Below are positions 26,001 through 35,000 of a stretch of DNA of 64,000 bases, one piece after another (position 1 is the first letter of the stretch; each line of letters opens with the position of its first letter). A program made the translations under genes and the position numbers. Source of the DNA: Cetorhinus maximus (Eukaryota). Where the stretch lies: positions 85,622,001 to 85,686,000 of the forward strand of contig NC_135893.1 in assembly GCF_964194155.1 (NCBI RefSeq), given 5' to 3'. The notes beneath the pieces are model-generated. The model worked only from the letters and a program-made list of their open reading frames with translations, searched no databases and was not told the DNA's origin.

Positions 26001-29000
26001 TTACATGTGATCAGATTGAGAGTCTTGCAGACTCTCTTCTTGCTTTGATGTCTGGGAAAGGTTTCCTGTTAGGAGGCAGCGGTTGGAACTGTGCAATTTT
26101 GATTTGTTTAGGGTTGCGAACGGTAACAGATTGTGACATCACAATTTTTGCGTTCTGTTTGGAATTTGGATTGCAATGTTACACTCTTGAGTTGTTTTTG
26201 GAATTGACAGGCGACCTGATACTATTGAACTGATCACATCAAGTAACACAGTGTCGGCCGTATTTGTCATTGCAAATACCCATTTAAATATCGAATATGT
26301 CCATCCTATACCCCCTGCGCCCCCACACCAACTAACTGCATAACACAAATTATTTTTTCAGCTGAGAAAACAGTAAAAAAGAGCTTCAGTATATTTTTAT
26401 CACCTTCTGATGTCTGATCTGTTTCGTTACATAAGAAATAGGAGCAGGAGTAGGCTACCCAGCCCCTCAAGCCTGCCCCGCCATTCAATAAGATCATGGC
26501 TGATCGTACCAGCTTCTAATAGCCCTCAGCTCCCCGATGTTTAAAAAATCTATCTACCTCCTTTTTAAATACTTTCAGTGATCTAGCTTCCACAACTCTC
26601 AGAGGTAGAGAATTCCAGGCATTCACTACCCTCTGAGAGAAGAAATTCCTTCTCATCTCAGTTTTAAATGAGTGTCCCCTTATTCTGTAACTATGTCCCC
26701 TAGTTCGAGATTCCCCCACTAGTGGAAACATCTTCTCAACATCTCCCCTGTCAAGCCCCTTCAGAATCTTGTACGTTTCAGTAAGATCACCCTCATTCTT
26801 CTAAACTCTAATGAATAAAGGCCTAACCTGTTTGATAAGTCAACCCTTCATCCCAGGAATTAGCCTAGCGAATCTCTTTTGAACTGCCTCCAATGCCAAT
26901 ATACCCTTTCTTAAACATGGGGAGCAAAATTGTACACAGTACTCCTGGTGTGGCCTCACCTGTACAGTTGTAACAAGACTTCCCTATTTTTACACTCCAA
27001 TCCCCTAGCAATACAGGCCAAAATTCCAATTGCCTTCTTAATTACTTGCTGCACCTGCATGCTAACTTTTTGTGTTTCACGCACAAGAACACCCAGATCC
27101 CTCTGTGCTGCACTTTTTTGGAGTCTCTCTCCATTTAAATAATAGGCTGCCTTTTGATTCTTTCTCCCAAAGTGCATGACCTCACACTTTCCTACACTAA
27201 ACTCCATCTGCCAAGTCTTTGCTCACTCACTCAACCTATCTATATCCCCTTGCAGATTCCTTACATCCTCATCACAACATGCCCTCCCACCTATTTTTGT
27301 ATCATCAGCAAATTTGGATACATTACACTCTGCCCCCTCCTCCAAGTCTTTAACATAGATAGTAAATAACTAAGGCCCTAGGACTGATCTTTGTGGCACT
27401 CCACTCGTTATGTCTTTCCAACCTGAAAAAGACTCATTAATCCCAACACTCTATCTCCTGTGTGTTAACCAATCCTCAATCCATGCTAATACATTACTTC
27501 CAATACCATGAGCTCCTATCTTGTGCAATAACCTTTTATGTGGCACCTTATCGAATGCCTTCTGGAAATCCAAATACACTACATCTACCAGTTCCCCTTT
27601 ATCAACTCTGCTTGTTATATCCTCAAAGAACTCTAGCAAATTCGTCAAACATGATTTCCCTTTCACAAAACCACGTTGACTCTGTTTGATTGCATTAAGC
27701 TTTTCTAAATGTCCTGCTATTTATTCCTTAATAATGGACTCTTGTATTTTCCCAATGACAGATGTTAGGCTGACTGGCCTATAGTTTCCTGGTTTTTGGC
27801 TCCCTACCTTCTTGAGCAGGGGCGCCACATTAGCGGATTTTCAATCTGCTGGGATCCTCCCGGAATCCAGTGAGTTCTGGAATATTTCGACCAATGCCTC
27901 CACCATCTCTGCAGCCACTTCCTTTACAACTCTTGGATGCAGGCCATCAGGTCCTGGCAACTTGTCTGCCTTTAGTCCCATTAGTTTGTCTAATACTTTG
28001 TCCCTTGTGATAGAGACTGTTACAAGATCTTTCCTCCCATTAGCTCCTTGGTTAAGTGATGTCTTTGGGATGTTTATAGTGTCCTCCATCGTGAAGGCCG
28101 ATGCAAAATATTGGTTTAAATTATCTGCCACTTCTCTGTTACCCGTTATCAATTCTCCAGTCGCATCCTCCAAGGGTCCCACGCTCACTTTAGCCGCTCT
28201 CTTTTTATATACCCATAGGAGCTCTTGCTGTTTGTTTTTATATTTCTTGCTGATTTATTTTCATAATCAATTTTCTCCCTCTTTATTAGCTTTTTAGTCA
28301 TCCGCTGCTGGTTCCTTAAAAAAAATTCCCAATCCTCCGGCCTACCACTAGTTTTTGCCATTTTGTATGCCTTAGTTTTTGATGGGATATTCTCCTTGAC
28401 CACCTTTATTAACCACGGGTGGTTCATTGTTCTCATCGAGTCCTTCTTTTTGACCGGGATAAATTTTTGCTGAGCGTTATGAAATATCTGATTAAATGTC
28501 TGCCATTACTCATCCACTGACCTTCCCTTTAGCCTATTTTCCTAGCCCGCTTTAGACAACTCTTTCTTCATAACTCTGTAATTGCCCTTATATAAGTTGA
28601 GGACACTGGTTTGAGACCCAAGTTGCTTGCCCTCAAACTGAATTTGAAATTCTACCATGTTGTGATCGCTACCCCCTAGACGATCCTTAACTATGATACC
28701 TCTTTATTAATCCCACCTCATTACACATTACTAGATCTAAAATAGCCTGTTCCCAGGTAGGTTCTGCAATGTATTGCTCTAAGAAACAATCCCTGATGCA
28801 CTTTACAAATTCGTCTTCCATGTTACCCCTGCCAGTCTTATTTGTCCAGTCAATATGTGGATTAAAATCACCCATGACAATTGTAGCACATTTCTTACAT
28901 GCCTCCATTATTTCTCAATTCATACTTTGTCCTACAGTGAAGCAACTCTTCGGGGGCCTATAGATGACTTACACCCATGACTTCTTTCCCTTGCTATTCC

Positions 29001-32000
29001 TTATTTTCACCCAAACTGATTCCACATCATGATCGATTGATTACACCAAATCATTACTCACCACTGTACTAATGCCTTCCTTTATTAACAAAGCTACCGC
29101 ACCTCCTTTTCCTTTTTGCCTATTTTTCCGGAATGTCGAATACCCATGAATATTGAGTTCCCAGTCTTGGTCACCCTGCAACCACATCTCTGTAATAGCT
29201 ATCAAGTCATATTCATTTATTTCTCTTTGTGCTATCAGCTCATCTATCTTGTTACAAATGCTGCGTGCATTAAGCTAAAAAGCCTTAAGCTTTGACTTTT
29301 TACCATTATTACTCATTCTGGTTCTAATTTCTGCTGCACTCTTCTGCTTATATTTTCTACCTCTTCTTGTAATATTTTGATTATCGTTTGCTTCTTCACT
29401 ACCCTGCACCTCTGCTCTTTCATTTCTTTTTGATTTTTTAAACTTACCTTCAATTGAACCCTCACCCCCACTAATTAGTTTAAAGTCCTAGTTAGACGAT
29501 TCGCCAGGACACTGGTCCCAGCATGGTTCAAATGAAGCCCATCCCAACAGAACAGCTCTCTCCTTCCCCAATGCTGGTGCCAGTGCCCCATGAATCGGAA
29601 CCCATTTTTCCCAGACTAATCTTTGAGCCACGCATTTACCTCTCTTTCTTACCCTACGCCAATTTGTACGTGGCTCAGGTAGTAATCCGGAAATTATTAC
29701 CTTCGTGGTTCTGCTTTTTAATTTAGCCCTGAGCTGCTCGTAGTCCCTCTGCAGAACCTCCTTCCTAGTCCTACCTATGTCATTGGTACCTACGTGGGCC
29801 ACGACAACCGGATCCTTCCCCTCCAAGTTCCTCTCCAGCCCAGAAGAGATGTCCTTAACCTCAGCACCAGGTAGGCAACACAGCCTTCGGGACTCTGTCT
29901 TTGCTGCAGAGAACAGTATCTATTCCCCTATGCTATCTCCTTTTACTACTACATTTCTCTTTTCTCCCCCCACTTGAATGGCACTCTGTTCCATGGTGCT
30001 GTGGTCAGTTTGGTCATCCTCTGTGCAGTCTGTGCCCTCGTCCACACCGGGAGCAAGAACCTCATACCTACTGGACAAGGACACTGGCTGAGGCTCCTCC
30101 ATAGCTAAATTCTGGATCCCCATACCTGCCTCACTCGCAGTCACACTCTCCTGTCCCTGGACCACTGTCCAAATTTGATGTAATTAATCTAAGGGGTATG
30201 ACTGTCTCCTGAAACAGTGTCCAGGTAACTCTCCCCCTCCCTGATGTGTCGCAGTATTCGCAGCTCGGACTCCAGTTCATCAACTCTGAGCCGAAGTTCC
30301 TTGAGCAGCCAATGCTTGCTGTAGATGTGGCCACCATGGATTGCACTGGCATCCACCAGCGCCCACCTACTACAGCTGTAACACATCATCTGTCCAGCCA
30401 TCTCTATTCTATTTAATTAATTAATTTGGATTTTAAAAGTGAATTTCCTATCTGTACGCTTCAGCTGTAATAACGTCTCCTGATTTAAACCACTTGGCCA
30501 ATCAAAAGAGACACGGAAGAGATACCCACCAATCACCTACCTGTTTTCCTTTGACGTCACACTTTGGCTCTGACAGGGTGGAAACTGGTTGAAGGGGCTC
30601 TCTGCCGCTGGTTTTTATCTCCTGCCGCTGCTGCCCTTGTCAGGCAGGTCTGCTCTCCATGTACTGGGCCTCCCTCTCTGCCGCTGGTTTTTATCTCCCG
30701 CTGTCGCTGCCCTTCTCATGCAGGTCTGTTCTCCGTGTGCTGTAACAGTAATTATATAATAGATTCTTGTAGCACAGAGGAGGACATTCCAATAGCTCTT
30801 TAAAAGAATCACCACAGACATGCTGGGTCAAATGGTCTCCACCTGTGCTGTAAGATTCTACAATACCTGGCTACGTGGCATGAAAGCTACTTAGTTCATG
30901 ATTAAGACATGCTATAAGTAAGCTACACTCACAATGTGCTCTCTTTAAGCCAAGGAACATTTTTCTCCATGGCTCTGACTACCATGTTCGGATTGGGGAT
31001 TTTGGACTGGCATGCAGTGACATCATTGCCGAGACTTCTGATCAATGGCCAGCACCAACCACAGTAACTGGTGAGTATTAGAGGTCACAGCCATGTCTAC
31101 ACCGGTGAAAAACTTTCGCTTTCCCTTCCACGTGGAGAACAAACCATAAAGCAAGAGACAGTCTTTCTCCCTGCAGATTAACATTTACAGCACTTAACTT
31201 ACAACTTTCTGATGTGTGACTGCTGTTGAAACTTAATTATACAAAGTTTTTAAACTGGATTTTTAAATTTTTTTGAAATTTCAGGTATTTTGTCCCAATT
31301 TACAGACAGACCTGCATTTTGTTACAATCTCAGTAGAGACCGGTAACTTTTAAAAGGAAATTCAAACTCCCTGTTATTAACTGAAAGAATTGGGCCACGA
31401 GATTTCACAATTTGAACAAAAAACTTTTACTGTATAAGAGTTAAAGAAAGCAATTACTGCTAACTTAACAAAAACAAAAAGTGCTGGAAAAACTCAGCAA
31501 GTCTGGCAGCATCTGTGGAGAGAGAAACAGAGTTAACATTTCAAGTCCAATATGACTGTTCTGCAGAACCTGCTAACTTATTCGGAACTACTAACTTAAT
31601 ACTGTATTTTGTAAATGCTTATAATTTTAAACTCAAAAATCTCAACAGAACATTCCTTGTTCAACTCTTATTTCCACCCAAGAGTTCTCATATACTTTAC
31701 AGGATCTTGAAGGATCCTTCACTTCTCTTGGGACCAAACCAAGGTGTTACCACAGGTCTCAGGAATTCACTTTGACTCTCCTCAGTGTTCCTGCTATTTT
31801 CTACGGTTTGAGATTTCTTAGGGTCATTGCACTGGCGTCTAGCTAGGCAACACTCCAATTCTCCTTCAACGCCTCATGATTTGTGGACTCCCCAGATCAA
31901 GCATGAGTCTCACTCGCAATTCCTGCACAGTGACTTCAATTCAGAAAACATCCTTAGCTTCTGATAACCCTCTGCTATTGGTTCCAGTTGCTTTAATGCT

Positions 32001-35000
32001 TCCACTGCTGGCAGTCTTCTATCTTCTGACTCCAGCAACTTCCAGGCACTAACTGCATTTCTGTGAGAAATCAGAGCAAACCCCCCAAACTCCAACAGAG
32101 TCCCACTGTGTATCACCTATGTCTATAGTGACAAGGGACAGTTGGGATATCAGATGTAGATATTTAAACTAATTAAATTTACCTTCAAAACAGCCCTTTT
32201 ATTCTGGGACCCACATGATGAATAATTCATATTTCTAATGGCTACATCTGCAATTTTACCAGATTCACTGGCTCCATTACAAGGCTACCACCTGTTGTTC
32301 ATTGTTTTCACACCGCTAACTATAACCCCTTTAAGTAAACATGGACCATCCTTTGAATTGTAATTGTCTTAGGGGTGTTTACCAGTTTCTCAAGCCCAGG
32401 TTTTTTTCCATTTATCTTACATTTAAAAATTCAATTCTCAAAACTAAAAATTATACTCCCAAAATGTATAAATCATAAAGTTAGATATTCATAACAATCC
32501 TTTCATGACTTCAGGACATCCCAAAGCTCTTTTTCAGCCATTGAAGTACTTTTGAAGTGTAGTTACATTTGTAATGTGGGAAACATGGCAACCAATTTGT
32601 GTAACACAAATTCCCACAAACACCAATGTGATAATGATCAGATAATTTGTTTTTGTGATGTTGATTGAGGGACAGATGTTGGCCAGGACACTGGGGAGAA
32701 CTCCCAGCTCTTGTTTGAATAGGGGCAGGGGATCTTTTAGATCTACCTGAGAGGGCAGAAGGAGCCTTGATTTTCTTATCCAAAAGACAGCAGATCTGAC
32801 CATGAAGAACTCCCTCAGTACTGTACTGAGGTGCCAGCCTGGATCCCACTCTCTGGACTGGGATTGAACAATGGAATCAGACATTTTTTTAAGTTTTGAT
32901 CAGAAACGCTGTAAAAGTCCTCAACTATGGTCAGAGGAAACATCTTCGCTGAAAGAACCGTATTCCTTTTTTAAAAATTGTGTGAGAATTTGTATTTATG
33001 TAGTACCTTATCACACACACATGCTAATGAGTTATTTTTTGAAGTGCAGTTAGTGTTGTTACGTAAGCAAACATAGCAGATAATTTGCAGAAAGCAATGT
33101 TCCACAAACAACAAGTGAATGAATAACTAGACAATCTGTTTTTGGTAATAGTGATTGAGAGAGGAAAGCTGGCCATTATACCAGGAGAATCATCAAATCT
33201 TACAAAATCATCAAATCTTACAACATTTGACCCATCATCCTGTACCGGCTCTTTTAGAGAGCTATCCAATTAGTCCCAATCTTTCCCCATGTACATTTTT
33301 AAGTATATATTCCTTTCCCTTTTGAAACTTACTATTGAATCTATTTCCAACACATTTTGAGGCAGTGCACTCCAGAACACTCTACTCTTCGAATAATTGC
33401 TGGGATCTAGGCAGAAGGTGACTCAATTTAACGTCACATCTGAAAGACGGCACCTCTGACAGTGTAGTGCTCCCACAGTGCTGCATTCCATTAGTACTAC
33501 AGTGCAATGTCAATCTAAATTTTGTGTTCAAGTCTCTGGAGTGTGTCTTGAACCCATGACCTTCGGGGGCGAGAATGCTACCAACTTAATTATGGGTGAA
33601 GGAAGGAAAAATAAGGTAAAGCATCTTGTATTTTGAATTATAATTTTCGTTTCATGACCTCACTTTCCTCACTGTTCTTCAGCTGGGTGCAAATAAAATA
33701 TCCCTGAGATAACTAGGCTGCTACTGTGCATTTTCATGCATTAGCTAAGCCAAGTACACTTTTGACAATTAAACCATATCAGAAAAATGGAGGGATTGCA
33801 GAGAGGAAATGGATGCAGATAGTAACTTATCCAGTTTGTGAAGATATGTGATGACGACAGTGATAAACTGACCGTTATTTTAATTGAGTTTTCTTCTTGT
33901 ACTTTTGTTAAGAGCGTTACTAACTTTTCTTATTTTTTGTTTACTCCCAGATTCAAAGCATACCTCAGGAGTGGGGACTTCTCTGTATGCTTCCCCCGAG
34001 CAGCTGAGAGGCTCTTCCTACAATTTTAAGGTATGAGTGTTTTCAAAAAATGTAATCCTCATTTAATTTCCATTTTGTAATTGTGTATTCTCCAGGCCAA
34101 CTTGTTAACTAATAGATATTTACAGTTGTTAAGAAAGAATGCAGGATATAATTTAAGGTGATGGAATATTTTTTCAAACGCATTAAATTAGTGGAAATCT
34201 AGAACTCTTTCCCCTCTCCTCCTCAAAATAGCTATTGAAGCTGGGGTCAGTTGAGATTTTGTTAGGTAAGGATATTAAGGGTTACAGAAGCAAGGAAGAT
34301 AGATGGAGCATTATCCAGTTGAATCTTAGAACAGACTCAAAAACCTGCAAGGTTTCCTTTGTTAGAGTATCAGGTCTAAATTATTACATTAAGTCTTTGT
34401 TTCTCATTCTACTATTTGATTTCCTGTGGTGTTGCGCACAGAGTATCAAGTGTCATCTTCTGTGAAACAGGGTTGAAAGCCATGGGATAATTGAAGCAGG
34501 GTGATCAGACATAATACAATCTACATACAATCTATCCTTATCTTTACATAAAATTTTAACTTTTACATTATTACATCTAAGTAGCAAAATTTACAGGAAC
34601 TTGAGAAATAGAGTTGGTTGGTTTGTAGGAGAATTTCTGCAGGCAGAGGAGCTGTGAGATGTAAAATAACAGCACCACCATTGGCTGAAAAGGGTAACTA
34701 CAGCATGACATTGGCAGGTGCTATTATAAACATGGAGATACAAATTTATAATGTAATATTTGAAAAAAGTGTAATAAATTTGACAACAGGAAATAGAGGC
34801 AGAAAATGGTTTATTCATTAAATGACTACATGATACAACCTGCATAAATATAAGGCAAAAGCAAATATAAGGCTCTTGTAAAACTCGGAGAACATTTGAA
34901 AGTTATATCTTCTCCACCTCACGCTTTGCAACTATCCATCCTGGGCTTCTAACTAATATTTTTGCAATGGTTTACATCATGGATTTTAAGGTTAATCTGT

